Assembly: GCA_018303855.1 (NCBI GenBank)
Contig: JAGVXI010000004.1
Location: 1 to 32,000 of the forward strand
Reading direction: 5' to 3'
Length of the DNA: 32,000 nucleotides
DNA from: Candidatus Pacearchaeota archaeon
GTDB lineage: Archaea; Nanobdellota; Nanobdellia; Pacearchaeales; GW2011-AR1
Below the pieces are notes generated by a model, which saw only the letters and a program-made list of their open reading frames with translations, did not search any database and was not told the DNA's origin. Of this stretch, positions 1-8,691 are shown in pieces; positions within the stretch are counted from its first letter, which is position 1; each line of letters starts with the position of its first letter. The position numbers and the translations under genes are program-made.

Positions 1-177
1 ACAGACTTTGAAAGAGCTTTGTCGTATGTACAGAATCAAGAGTTGCATCATTCAATTCACTAGGACGCTGTCGCCTTTAGGCGAACAGAGGATGTCACAG
101 AATTAAGAAGGGGATTTGGTAGTGGTTATGCGGAAGAATCAAGTCGGTTATTAGAAGAAGACGATTAACTATGATTA

Positions 178-798
178 TTAAATCTCAAAAATAACTTCTT
201 TTCTTGCAACATTTATCACTCTTGTTTTTCCTATTTTTTCTTCCAATCCGGCAGTTTCATGTATGTGTCCATGCAGTAAAATGTCTGGTCTGAATTTTTT
301 GATAGCTTTTAAGATAGCTCCGCTTCCTTCAAATCCAATTGCTTCTGTTTTGCTTTTTTTAGGATGCATATGCGTAACCATTATTTTCTTACTTAAATCT
401 TTTATATTTTCATGGGCTTTATTAAGCAACCTATGCATTTCTTTTTCACTTGTACTAAACGGCCCAATATTTGCTCCTCCTGCTCCAAAAATCCCTACAT
501 CTCCAACCCTTATAGAATAACCATGGATATTTTTTGTATAAGGAGCGTAAAGTTCTGCTAAAAAATCAGCGGTTGCAACTGTTTCATGATTTCCAGGGAT
601 TAATAAAACCTGCTTTTTCATTCTTGTGAAAGGTCCTATGATGTTCTTTGTAGATAATTCTGCAAGAGTTAAATCGCCGGCTAGTATTACAATGTCTACA
701 TTTTCTTTTGCTGCTTTTTCCGCAAGTCTTTTTGCAAACCTCACATCTCCATGTAAATCACCTACTGCCAATATCTTAGTTTTTTTACGCTCTGCCAT
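178..798 (-). CDS. Calcineurin-like metallophosphoesterase (YfcE/MJ0936-like)
   Basis: Full motif set in order: GDLHGD, AGDL, GNHE, THMHP, HGHIHE. ATG start, 206 aa. Confidence 0.85.
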   Translation of the reverse strand: MAERKKTKILAVGDLHGDVRFAKRLAEKAAKENVDIVILAGDLTLAELSTKNIIGPFTRMKKQVLLIPGNHETVATADFLAELYAPYTKNIHGYSIRVGDVGIFGAGGANIGPFSTSEKEMHRLLNKAHENIKDLSKKIMVTHMHPKKSKTEAIGFEGSGAILKAIKKFRPDILLHGHIHETAGLEEKIGKTRVINVARKEVIFEI

Positions 799-987
799 TA
801 AAAAAAATGGTTATTTTTGTTAATAAAGTTTTCCAATACCGAAAATAGAAGCAATCACTTTATTTACGTTTTCTGTCTAACAAACTCTTAATAACAAGGA
901 GTTTGCAATAGGTATAATACGAAAGATTTAAAAGGACAATATAGTCTGAATATATACATTGGAGTTTGCATATCAAATTCAAATAAA

Positions 988-1254
988 ATGAAAGACAATT
1001 TTGACGTCTTTTTTAGGAGAAAGCCTGCTTTGATGCTGGTTTCTTTGAAAAAGAATACAAGAATGAGATACGGGAGTATTTTGGCTAAAGAAGTTGATTG
1101 TACATATAGCCATGCAGTGAAAATTTTACAGACTTTGGAGAAGCTTGGGTTAGTTTCATTTGAAAAAAAGGGGCGGATAAAACTGATTAAACTAACCAAG
1201 AAAGGTGTTGATGTTGCAGATGCAATTGAGAACATACAAAAATTAGTTAGATAG
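988..1254 (+). CDS. Small winged-helix (MarR/ArsR-like) DNA-binding protein
   Basis: 88 aa. ILAKEVDCTYSHAVKILQTLEKLGLVSFEKKGRIKLIKLTKKG looks like an HTH plus beta-wing. The overlapping minus-strand ORF 888..1235 looks like a hydrophobic shadow. Confidence 0.55.
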   Translation: MKDNFDVFFRRKPALMLVSLKKNTRMRYGSILAKEVDCTYSHAVKILQTLEKLGLVSFEKKGRIKLIKLTKKGVDVADAIENIQKLVR

Positions 1255-1585
1255 TTCTAAAAACTTTTTGCGCCCCGTGGAATTTGGAAAGGAGAATTGA
1301 ATTAAATAGAAGTAGGTGGGATGCTTTGTTTGTTATATTATTGTTAAGGCATTTAAATGAAGGTTTAATCATGGTTAATGTAAAATATTAGCAGTACTAT
1401 GCTTTAGGTTGATAATTAACTGAGGATGCTTGTACAATTGTTAATTAAGAATAACAGCTATTGCAACCTTATTTGTTATTTTACCTTTAATTATCCCTAA
1501 CAATTTACTATTTATACTGCCTAATTTTTTAATTATTGTTCTTAATATCAAATATATTTAAAAATTGACTTTTTATACTATTCTT

Positions 1586-1864
1586 ATGATAAATGAAGAT
1601 AGTTATAAAAAAGGAGACATTGTACGTTATCATTACTTTGGGGAAATTGATAGGGTTTTGGTGGTTGATAATCTCTCTAATAAAACACACATGGCTTACA
1701 TATTAAAAGTTCTTGAAGTTGTTCAAGAAAGTAGAATTGTTAATCCTTCTAAAATCGGGGATGAATTTGAATGCTCTAAAGCACGAAATAACAATGGTTT
1801 TTTTGGCTTGTGGAATCTTCTTGATGATTCTAATGAAGAAAATTTTGAGGAGATGACTACATGA
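1586..1864 (+). CDS. Hypothetical protein
   Basis: The ORF in the track starts at a TTG (1565). The first ATG is at 1586 (MINEDSYKKGD...). No recognisable motif. Confidence 0.4.
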   Translation: MINEDSYKKGDIVRYHYFGEIDRVLVVDNLSNKTHMAYILKVLEVVQESRIVNPSKIGDEFECSKARNNNGFFGLWNLLDDSNEENFEEMTT

Positions 1865-1874
1865 TTTTTAAGGA

Positions 1875-2009
1875 TGGCCCCGAAGGGATTTGAACCCTCG
1901 ACACCTGGATTTCTCTTTACATCTTTTTTTAAGGGAGATGTCATAAGAAGAACCATAGGTTCTTTTTATTTTAAGAGTCCAGTGCTCTACCAAGCTGAGC
2001 TACGGAGCC
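1875..2009 (-). tRNA. tRNA-Lys(CUU) with a 61-nt intron at the canonical 37/38 position; no encoded CCA
   Basis: Reverse complement folds as a cloverleaf. Acceptor GGCTCCG/CGGGGCC (one G-U), D arm GCTC-AGCTTGGTA-GAGC, anticodon stem CTGGA/TCCAG, loop CTCTTAA (anticodon CTT at 1973..1975). T arm GAGGG-TTCAAAT-CCCTT, discriminator A. Intron is 1911..1971, and its 3' AAGAG pairs with the exonic CTCTT as in a bulge-helix-bulge. TATA-like TATTTTTAAAC lies about 23-33 nt upstream (2032..2042). Confidence 0.85.
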
Positions 2010-2063
2010 TTGATTCTGTAAATGATATTGCGTTTAAAAATATGTTGATGCTCGATGTTTAAT

Positions 2064-2390
2064 TTATCTTTTTTTCTGTAACTCTTCAGTATAATCTTTT
2101 AATATTTTTTCCAAGCCAATATTTTTAGGAGCAGTCAGAGCTTTTCTTACACATAATATATTAATTTTTGTTTTATGTGAAACAGATGCACTTTTTTCCC
2201 AGATTCCATATGACATTTGGTAGTAATATGTTTTGTTATTGCCTATAAACTGGGGGGTTGAACTGCTGATTTCTGCATCTTTAAAATGTTGTTTAAGAAA
2301 ACCCATAAAATCCTCTAATAGTTTTTCTGGAGGAACTTTCTCATGAGTTATGCTTAAAACTCCATATTCATAGATTGCTTTATATTCCAT
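2064..2390 (-). CDS. Hypothetical protein
   Basis: 108-aa ORF with ATG start and ordinary protein-like composition. No motif recognised. Confidence 0.45.
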   Translation of the reverse strand: MEYKAIYEYGVLSITHEKVPPEKLLEDFMGFLKQHFKDAEISSSTPQFIGNNKTYYYQMSYGIWEKSASVSHKTKINILCVRKALTAPKNIGLEKILKDYTEELQKKR

Positions 2391-2468
2391 ACTATTGCTT
2401 TTAATTTCACCTGTATTCTCTACTCAAGCATAGATAGCTTATTAATATAAAATTTTTTTTAGTTACTG

Positions 2469-2783
2469 CTATCTATACTCTCGTCTTGTATGCCCGCATT
2501 TTGTGCATTTAAAAAATTTTGTTTCAGCTTCGTCTGCTGCTCGGGTTTGGACTGTCCAGAAATATGCTTCTTCATGCTTGCATTCAGGGCATTTTGCCTG
2601 AACAACTGGAAGAACATCTGTTCTCTTTTTTATAACAGCTATTTCTGGTTTTTTTTCAAGATTTATCTTTTCGCTTATCCTAATTTTCCCGCTGCTTTTT
2701 GAAGCATAACTGCATCTTGGACACCCAAGATTCTTCTTTTTTTGAATTAAGAGCGCACCGCATTTTGGGCAGAATTCCATCAT
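2469..2783 (-). CDS. tfs: Transcription factor S (TFS / RNA polymerase subunit M family)
   Basis: N-terminal Zn ribbon CPKCG...CPRC. C-terminal TFIIS-type ribbon CPECKHEEAYFWTVQTRAADEAETKFFKCTKCGH, which contains the acidic hairpin (RAADE). Confidence 0.9.
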   Translation of the reverse strand: MMEFCPKCGALLIQKKKNLGCPRCSYASKSSGKIRISEKINLEKKPEIAVIKKRTDVLPVVQAKCPECKHEEAYFWTVQTRAADEAETKFFKCTKCGHTRREYR

Positions 2784-2871
2784 AACTTTTATTAACTCTC
2801 TTTTAAAAATGTTTGGTTTTAGGAGTATGGATTAATTATACAATCGCTGGTACTTAAGAAAATTTTTAATT

Positions 2872-2924
2872 ATACCAAAGGACATTAATAATTTACCAGT
2901 TATGCCTTTGGTATCAAGGAAAAG
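2872..2924. repeat. Perfect 10-bp inverted repeat ATACCAAAGG / CCTTTGGTAT with a 33-nt spacer
   Basis: Arms at 2872..2881 and 2915..2924, in the spacer between the signal peptidase 3' end and the tfs 5' end. Confidence 0.5.
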
Positions 2925-3035
2925 TTATAATCTCTTGATAGATTATTTATAACTTTTATTATAGATTGGCGTATTATAAGTTATAAATTTTTTGCCAGTT
3001 GGTTGATTAACAATTAACTGCTTGTACCACCATTA

Positions 3036-3671
3036 CTAATTTTGATGGCAGAATCCCCTCTCACTTTTTGGTTTTCTCCAGTCATAGAACACAAGTTTGC
3101 CCCAGCCAGCATAAGGAGCCAGCCTAAGCACAGCTTTCCCGATAATCTGCTCTTCTTTTATGTCTTTTTCAACTTCTAACTGCCCATTATTATTATCCCC
3201 TAAGGTTGAATATACTGCTCCTTCTTTTGTCTCTTTTATTTTGATTACTCTGTGTATTAAAGGATTTTTCTGGCCACCATTGAATATTATAACATCTCCT
3301 ATTCTTACCTCGCCAGGCTTTGCGCCAATGACAAATAATATATCACCTTTTGTAAAGCCCCTTTTAAATGAAAATGTTTCAAACTGCTCTTTTTGTATAT
3401 TATAATAGTCATATTTGGAGGTTTCACTTTCCCACCAATTGTCAAAGTTTGAAAGTAAATTATCTTGGTGATGCATAGAGCATGATTCTACTATTGCTAA
3501 AGGTAGTGATGTTCCTGTAATCAGATTTAATGTCGGGAAGAATATAAATTTGATAAAAATGAAGATAAACAGCAGTGAGAAAATCCAGCCCTTTAAACTA
3601 TCGTCTTTCCAAAGCAAAAACCAAAACTTTTTTAAGATGATTTTTAATTTCTCATATGGTTTTTGTCTCAT
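3036..3671 (-). CDS. Signal peptidase I, archaeal/Sec11 (S26B) type
   Basis: N-terminal TM helix, Ser box VESCSMHH, His box PLIHRVI, and the conserved GDNN box (TLGDNNNG). The track start at 3686 is TTG; the likely ATG is 3671 (MRQKPYEKL). Confidence 0.8.
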   Translation of the reverse strand: MRQKPYEKLKIILKKFWFLLWKDDSLKGWIFSLLFIFIFIKFIFFPTLNLITGTSLPLAIVESCSMHHQDNLLSNFDNWWESETSKYDYYNIQKEQFETFSFKRGFTKGDILFVIGAKPGEVRIGDVIIFNGGQKNPLIHRVIKIKETKEGAVYSTLGDNNNGQLEVEKDIKEEQIIGKAVLRLAPYAGWGKLVFYDWRKPKSERGFCHQN

Positions 3672-3796
3672 TTCTACAAAAGGCAAAACAGGTTTTTAAA
3701 GTGTTTGAATTTTTTGTTTGTCAGATGAGAACATAAGAATATATATACTGGAACTTTGTTGAAATAACAAATATTTAGGTTTAACAAAAAGTTAAA

Positions 3797-4918
3797 ATGC
3801 AAGACAAGTTCTTAAAATATACCTTAATCTCTATGTTTTTATTTTTGTCAAGTTCATGTGCTGTTTTTAAAAAAAGTGAGCTTGAAAAAAAAGTAAGCGA
3901 TAGAATTGCCCAAATAAAAGACGTGAGTATAATCAAAGAAGAGAACTATACTCTTCCAATAAGGCAGGGGGCAGAAGAATTCCCTATTGATAAAAACAAA
4001 AAAGTGCTTGTTTATTATCCACTTAATGAAAATCCAAAGAGTATAGCATCTTCTTTGGAACTTATGTTAGCAGATGCTGCAAAAGTTTATGTTAATGACA
4101 ATACCGGGCAGGTATTTATTGTTGCAGATGAAGATTATGCAACTACAAAAGTTTTGCCTTTGCTTAGAAAAATTGACGTGGATTTGCCCCAAATTGAAAT
4201 TGAGGGGAAACTTGTTAAATTATTTGCAGATAAAACAATGGATTATGAAATGTCTCTTAAAGTCTCAGATATACTTGGGGTTGATTGGGATATGTTTATG
4301 CCAGGTGCATCTCTTAGGGAATTAACCAGGAAAACTTTTGGTTCTAAATTTAGCATCATAGAGGAAAATGACAGGCACAGAATTAATGCCTTGTTTAATT
4401 ATTTAGAAAGTGTAGGATATGCAGAAACAATTGTTTCTCCTGTTTTAGTTACTTATAATAATCAGAAAGCTTATATTGAGTCAACTGAAAAACAAGGCGT
4501 GCTTGTTGAAAGAGTAGTTGGCAATATTGTTACTAAATTGACTGAATATGAGCCAGTTATTACAAAAATGGAAATAACCCCAGTATTAACAGGGAATAAT
4601 GACATCCATTTAAACGTTGCTCTGCAGTTTGGAAGATTCCAGCCGAGTGGTTCTACTCAGGTTCCTAATATTAAAACAGAAAATGTTGGTTCAAGTGTTA
4701 GGCTTCGCCCAGGGCAAACTTTAACAATTGGAGGCATGATTTTAGAAGAAGAATTGGAAATTGAAAGAAGAGCAGTTCCTTTTGTCGGCGCGTATTTCCC
4801 ATTTAATTTTTTTAAATCTCTTGACAGAGAACACTCTACTAATGAGCTTGTTGTGATGATTACTCCGCATATTTTATACAATCCGCCAAAGCCAGATAAA
4901 ATCGCAACATTTAAATAG
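3797..4918 (+). CDS. Secretin-family protein (secretin N-domain plus C-terminal secretin domain) with a Cys-containing N-terminal signal
   Basis: N-terminus MQDKFLKYTLISMFLFLSSSC (Cys21). KVYVNDNTGQVFIVADEDYATTKVLPLLRKIDVDLPQIEIEGKLVKL resembles the secretin_N short domain. LESVGYAETIVSPVLVTYNNQKAYI...MEITPVLTGNNDIHLNV...VRLRPGQTLTIGGMILEEE...AVPFVGAYFPFNFFKSL...NELVVMITPHIL follows the secretin C-domain pattern. Confidence 0.75.
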   Translation: MQDKFLKYTLISMFLFLSSSCAVFKKSELEKKVSDRIAQIKDVSIIKEENYTLPIRQGAEEFPIDKNKKVLVYYPLNENPKSIASSLELMLADAAKVYVNDNTGQVFIVADEDYATTKVLPLLRKIDVDLPQIEIEGKLVKLFADKTMDYEMSLKVSDILGVDWDMFMPGASLRELTRKTFGSKFSIIEENDRHRINALFNYLESVGYAETIVSPVLVTYNNQKAYIESTEKQGVLVERVVGNIVTKLTEYEPVITKMEITPVLTGNNDIHLNVALQFGRFQPSGSTQVPNIKTENVGSSVRLRPGQTLTIGGMILEEELEIERRAVPFVGAYFPFNFFKSLDREHSTNELVVMITPHILYNPPKPDKIATFK

Positions 4919-4952
4919 TGTATATTTCTTGTGTATACGTGAATGTGTATAC
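4918..4952. repeat. Three direct copies of GTGTATA(C/T) spaced 13-14 nt apart
   Basis: GTGTATA at 4918, GTGTATAC at 4931 and at 4945, starting at the secretin stop codon. Confidence 0.5.
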
Positions 4953-4997
4953 TGAATATTTTATATTTATGCTATACGCAATTTCACCTCCTTTCCA

Positions 4998-5016
4998 CCG
5001 TGTCGCAAAGACACGG
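4998..5016. other. GC-rich hairpin CCGTGTC-GCAAA-GACACGG
   Basis: Perfect 7-bp stem in an otherwise AT-rich spacer. It is preceded by the pyrimidine tract TCACCTCCTTTCC, and no oligo-T tract follows. Confidence 0.4.
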
Positions 5017-5081
5017 TCATGGTAAACAAAATCAACAAAAATAAGAATTAAAACAATGAAAATTAGAGAGCTAAAATAATC

Positions 5082-5441
5082 ATGATAGACATGTTTGACA
5101 ACACAATTTTGTGCAGTAAATGCAACACAAAAATGGAAAAAGCAAATATAGAAAAAAATGGATTTTTGCTAAGAGCTGTTTTCTGTGAAAAATGCCATAG
5201 CAGACAGATTCATCCTGTTGATGAGGAAAGATACAACAAATTTATAAATCTTAAAAATAAAGAATTTAGAGTTAAAATGAGGCTTGTTGGAAATAGTTAT
5301 GCTGTTTCAATACCAAAAGAGATTGTTTCATTCATTAAAGTTCATGAGAGAATAATGAATGATATGGTTAGGCTTTGTTTTGACCAGGCAGATAAGTTAT
5401 CGTTAAATTTTAATAATGTACTTGAAGGAGAAAAAGAATAA
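5082..5441 (+). CDS. Zn-ribbon plus AbrB/SpoVT-like DNA-binding domain protein
   Basis: CSKC...CEKC ribbon followed by RVKMRLVGNSYAVSIPKEIVSFI, which matches the swapped-hairpin AbrB/MazE signature (vGnS.aVtIPkei). Confidence 0.6.
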   Translation: MIDMFDNTILCSKCNTKMEKANIEKNGFLLRAVFCEKCHSRQIHPVDEERYNKFINLKNKEFRVKMRLVGNSYAVSIPKEIVSFIKVHERIMNDMVRLCFDQADKLSLNFNNVLEGEKE

Positions 5442-5445
5442 TAAA

Positions 5446-5601
5446 ATGAGATTCGTGCTTGAGTTAACAAAAAATGAAGCAAATGCTATCAAAAGGGCAA
5501 ATAAAAAAGTTAAAAAAGTCTTTAGCCGAATTAAAGATAGCTTTAAGGTGAAAATTGTTAATGATAAAGAAAAATTAAACACAAAAAAAGCAAAAAAGTA
5601 A
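5446..5601 (+). CDS. Small lysine-rich hypothetical protein (51 aa)
   Basis: ATG at 5446 is preceded by GGAG. The stop at 5599..5601 lies 1 nt before the cdc48 ATG (5603), suggesting co-transcription or coupling. Confidence 0.4.
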   Translation: MRFVLELTKNEANAIKRANKKVKKVFSRIKDSFKVKIVNDKEKLNTKKAKK

Positions 5602-5602
5602 A

Positions 5603-7909
5603 ATGGAAACAACAGCAAAAAAATCAATTCAGTTAAAGGTTGTTGAAGCATTGCAGGATGATGCTTACAAAGGTATAGCGAGAATAGATGCAGAAGCTAT
5701 GAGGGAGTTAGGTGTAAGAAGGGGGGATGTTATTTTAATTAAAGGCAATCGCGAAACAATTGCCATTGTTGATAGAACCTATCCTGCAGATGTAGGGGAG
5801 GGAATTATAAGGATAGATGGAATTTTAAGGAGAAACGCAAAAACAGGAATTGGCGACATGGTTTCAATTTCTAAAGCAGAAATTAAAGAAGCTAAAAAAA
5901 TAATTATTGCGCCTGCACAAAAAGGCGTGATGATTCAGGTTCAGGGAGACCCTGATTCATTAAAAAGAGGGTTGCTCGGGAGAACACTTGTTAAAGGAGA
6001 TCTCGTTGTTCTTGGAGGAGTTCAAAGAAGAAGAGACTTGCTTTCAGAAGAATTTGGGGATATAAATGAAATGCTCGGAAGCATGTTTGAAGGAATGGGA
6101 TTCGGACAGCTTGGTGGTGGTGTTAGCCAGATTAAGTTTTTAGTTGTGTCAACAAATCCAAATTGTCCATGTGTTGTTACTGAAAATACCCAGGTTGTTT
6201 TAAATCCAAAAGCAGTTGAATTAATTGACGAAAAAATTCCAGAAATAACCTATGAAGATATAGGTGGGTTAGAAGAAGAAATTAAAAAAATTCGTGAAAT
6301 GGTTGAAATTCCGTTGAAGCATCCAGAAATTTTTGAAAAGCTTGGGATAGAACCCCCAAAAGGAGTTCTGTTGCATGGCCCGCCAGGAACAGGAAAAACC
6401 CTGCTTGCCAAAGCTGTAGCTAATGAATCCGATGCTAATTTTATTTTATTAAATGGGCCAGAAATCATGTCAAAGTTTTACGGAGAAAGCGAGAAAAAAA
6501 TCAGGGATATTTTTGAAGAAGCTGAAAAGACAGCTCCAGCGATTATTTTTATTGATGAGTTAGATGCTATTGCTTCTAAGAGGGAAGAGTCTGTTGGAGA
6601 AGTTGAAAGAAGAGTTGTATCCCAAATACTTACAATGATGGATGGTTTAAAAGGAAGAGGTAAAGTTATTGTTATTGGCGCAACAAATAGAGTAAATGCA
6701 ATTGATTCTGCTTTAAGAAGGCCGGGAAGATTTGACAGGGAGATTGAAATCAATGTTCCTGACAAAAAAGGCAGGCTTCAAATCTTGAAAATTCATGCAA
6801 GAAGCATGCCTTTATCTAAAAAAGTTAATTTGGATGAACTTGCAAACATAACTCATGGTTTTGTTGGAGCAGATTTAGAAGCCCTAACAAAAGAAGCTGC
6901 TATGGGGGTGTTAAGAAAATTTCTGCCAAAAATTAAGCTTGATGCAGAGGAACAAATTCCCCAGGAAATTCTTGAAAAATTAATTATAGACCAAGATGAT
7001 TTTACAGATGCATTAAAAATTGTGCGCCCTTCTGCAATGAGAGAGGTGTTAGTTGAAACTCCAAATATTTCTTGGGATGATGTTGGGGGCTTAGATAAGA
7101 TAAAACAAGAGCTTAGAGAAGCTGTTGAATGGCCTTTAAAATATCCTGAGGGTTTTAAGAGGCTTGGAATAAAACCAGCCAGAGGTATTTTGCTTTATGG
7201 CCCGCCCGGAACAGGAAAAACTCTGCTTGCTAAAGCAGTTGCAAAAGGCTCAGAAGCTAATTTTATTCAGGTTAAAGGACCTTCATTACTAAGCATGTGG
7301 GTTGGTAAAAGTGAGGAAGGCATGAGAAAAGTTTTTGAAAGGGCTAGGCAGGTTGCTCCGTGCATTATATTCTTTGATGAAATTGATGCACTTGCTGGAA
7401 AGCGTGGGATAGAAACTGGGACAAAGGTTACTGAAAGAGTTTTAAATCAAATGCTTGCTGAAATGGATGGTTTAGAAGATTTAACTGATGTGCTTGTTAT
7501 TGCAGCTACTAACCGCCCAGATATGTTAGACCCTGCTTTATTAAGGCCAGGAAGATTTGATAAAATTTTACTGGTTAATGCTCCCGAAGAGCAAGGAAGA
7601 TTGCAGGTATTGAAGATACATACTAAGAATATGCCTCTTGCAAAAGATGTTAGCTTAGAAGGTTTAGCAAAAATAACTCAAGGGTATACAGGAGCTGATA
7701 TGGAAGCAACTGTAAGAGAAGCAGCACTTCTTGCTTTAAGAGAAGATATGGATGCAAAACAAGTGAAGAAGAAACATTTTGAAGAAGCTTTGAAAAAAGT
7801 CAGGCCAAGTATTAGCAAGGGTACAATTGAGGTATACCAAAAAATAGAGGATAATTATTTGAAGTCTGTTAAATCAGCAACTCCTACAGCCGGTGGTTAT
7901 TTGGGTTGA
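5603..7909 (+). CDS. cdc48: Cdc48/VCP-type AAA+ ATPase (N domain plus D1 and D2)
   Basis: Two Walker A motifs ([15 protein letters not shown] twice), two Walker B motifs ([16 protein letters not shown]), second region of homology, and a CDC48-N-like start ([24 protein letters not shown]). Confidence 0.95.
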   Translation: METTAKKSIQLKVVEALQDDAYKGIARIDAEAMRELGVRRGDVILIKGNRETIAIVDRTYPADVGEGIIRIDGILRRNAKTGIGDMVSISKAEIKEAKKIIIAPAQKGVMIQVQGDPDSLKRGLLGRTLVKGDLVVLGGVQRRRDLLSEEFGDINEMLGSMFEGMGFGQLGGGVSQIKFLVVSTNPNCPCVVTENTQVVLNPKAVELIDEKIPEITYEDIGGLEEEIKKIREMVEIPLKHPEIFEKLGIEPPKGVLLHGPPGTGKTLLAKAVANESDANFILLNGPEIMSKFYGESEKKIRDIFEEAEKTAPAIIFIDELDAIASKREESVGEVERRVVSQILTMMDGLKGRGKVIVIGATNRVNAIDSALRRPGRFDREIEINVPDKKGRLQILKIHARSMPLSKKVNLDELANITHGFVGADLEALTKEAAMGVLRKFLPKIKLDAEEQIPQEILEKLIIDQDDFTDALKIVRPSAMREVLVETPNISWDDVGGLDKIKQELREAVEWPLKYPEGFKRLGIKPARGILLYGPPGTGKTLLAKAVAKGSEANFIQVKGPSLLSMWVGKSEEGMRKVFERARQVAPCIIFFDEIDALAGKRGIETGTKVTERVLNQMLAEMDGLEDLTDVLVIAATNRPDMLDPALLRPGRFDKILLVNAPEEQGRLQVLKIHTKNMPLAKDVSLEGLAKITQGYTGADMEATVREAALLALREDMDAKQVKKKHFEEALKKVRPSISKGTIEVYQKIEDNYLKSVKSATPTAGGYLG

Positions 7910-8084
7910 TTTTTGATTGGTGTTCTGTAAAGTTAAAAGGTAATGCTTTTTTGAGACTCAATCAACTTAGATATTAATCTTTTATAAATTTAATTTTTAG
8001 GCTAATAACTATCTTAGAAATTGCAATTTTTTATATTACTATTATCAATTATCATCCGTATAATTAACGTCTTGATTGAATAAA

Positions 8085-8094
8085 TTTATAAATA
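8085..8094 (+). promoter_or_regulatory. TATA-box-like element upstream of the response regulator gene
   Basis: TTTATAAATA is centred about 25 nt upstream of the ATG at 8115. GAGGT lies just before the ATG. Confidence 0.35.
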
Positions 8095-8114
8095 GTTTAT
8101 TTCTGTTGTGAGGT

Positions 8115-8507
8115 ATGGAGAAAAAAACAATTTTACTTGCAGATGATAACAATTCTGCTATAGAATATTTTCAATCAAGAATTCAGCCTGAGTTTGTTGG
8201 ATATGCTTTTGAATTTTGCGAAGATGGTTTAGCTCTTCAAAGTAGATTGAAAGAAAATGTTGATGGAATTGCTTTAGTTGTTACAGACAATAAAATGCCT
8301 GGAATAAACGGAATAGAGATAATATCAAAATATTCAAGACAAAAGAAATTTAAAAATACTCCCTTTATTCTTTATACTATAGATGATGACGATTTTTTGC
8401 CTGATACTGCTAAGAAGTACGGGGCATATGCGTGCGTTTTCAAAGCAGATTCTGAAAAATTAATATTAACAATGAGAGAGGCATTGAACGGAAAAGAAAA
8501 CATTTGA
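8115..8507 (+). CDS. Single-domain response regulator (CheY-like receiver)
   Basis: ILLADDNNS acidic pocket, VVTDNKMPGINGIEI phospho-acceptor region, 130 aa, no output domain. Confidence 0.8.
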   Translation: MEKKTILLADDNNSAIEYFQSRIQPEFVGYAFEFCEDGLALQSRLKENVDGIALVVTDNKMPGINGIEIISKYSRQKKFKNTPFILYTIDDDDFLPDTAKKYGAYACVFKADSEKLILTMREALNGKENI

Positions 8508-8691
8508 TAAAATATATAATACTAATATTTATTAATAAGATAAGTGTTTCTATTATATTTATTGATACTTATTAATACTCGTTAATATCCTCCAACCCCT
8601 TTATTTAAAACATTTATACTACCATAGATAATATCAAAGCTAAATTTATTATTTACCATACCCTCATTTAATTAACAATAGCTTTTTTGAA

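Noticed and set aside
1-177. Possible 3' end of a truncated CDS and a GC-richer hairpin (CTGTCGCC-TTTA-GGCGAACAG) at the window edge
   Set aside because: Frame 1 reads ...TDFERALSYVQNQELHHSIH* (stop at 61..63), but frame 2 is also open to about 104. With so little sequence I cannot decide the frame or identity.
263-823. Plus-strand ORFs 263..520 and 626..823 inside the metallophosphoesterase gene
   Set aside because: They are antisense to a gene with a complete catalytic motif set. Their translations are hydrophobic and low-complexity, as is typical of shadow ORFs.
888-1235. 115-aa minus-strand ORF overlapping the winged-helix gene
   Set aside because: Its composition is F/S/L/I-rich with no motif. 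The plus-strand frame gives a coherent HTH protein, so this is treated as a shadow ORF.
1911-1971. Possible C/D-box sRNA embedded in the tRNA intron, as in some archaeal tRNA-Trp introns
   Set aside because: I found no RUGAUGA C box or CUGA D box in the intron, only two simple hairpins.
1723-2062. ORFs 1723..1956 (-) and 1874..2062 (+) in the track
   Set aside because: Both run through the tRNA-Lys gene and its intron. The cloverleaf explains the region better than coding does.
4985-4996. TCACCTCCTTTCC as a fragment of a 16S rRNA 3' end
   Set aside because: Only the short anti-SD-like core matches. The flanking sequence has no rRNA-like helices and the spacer is too short.
6250-6765. Minus-strand ORFs inside cdc48 (6250..6468, 6478..6765)
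   Set aside because: They are antisense to an unambiguous AAA+ gene. Their S/I/P-rich translations are typical of the reverse frame.
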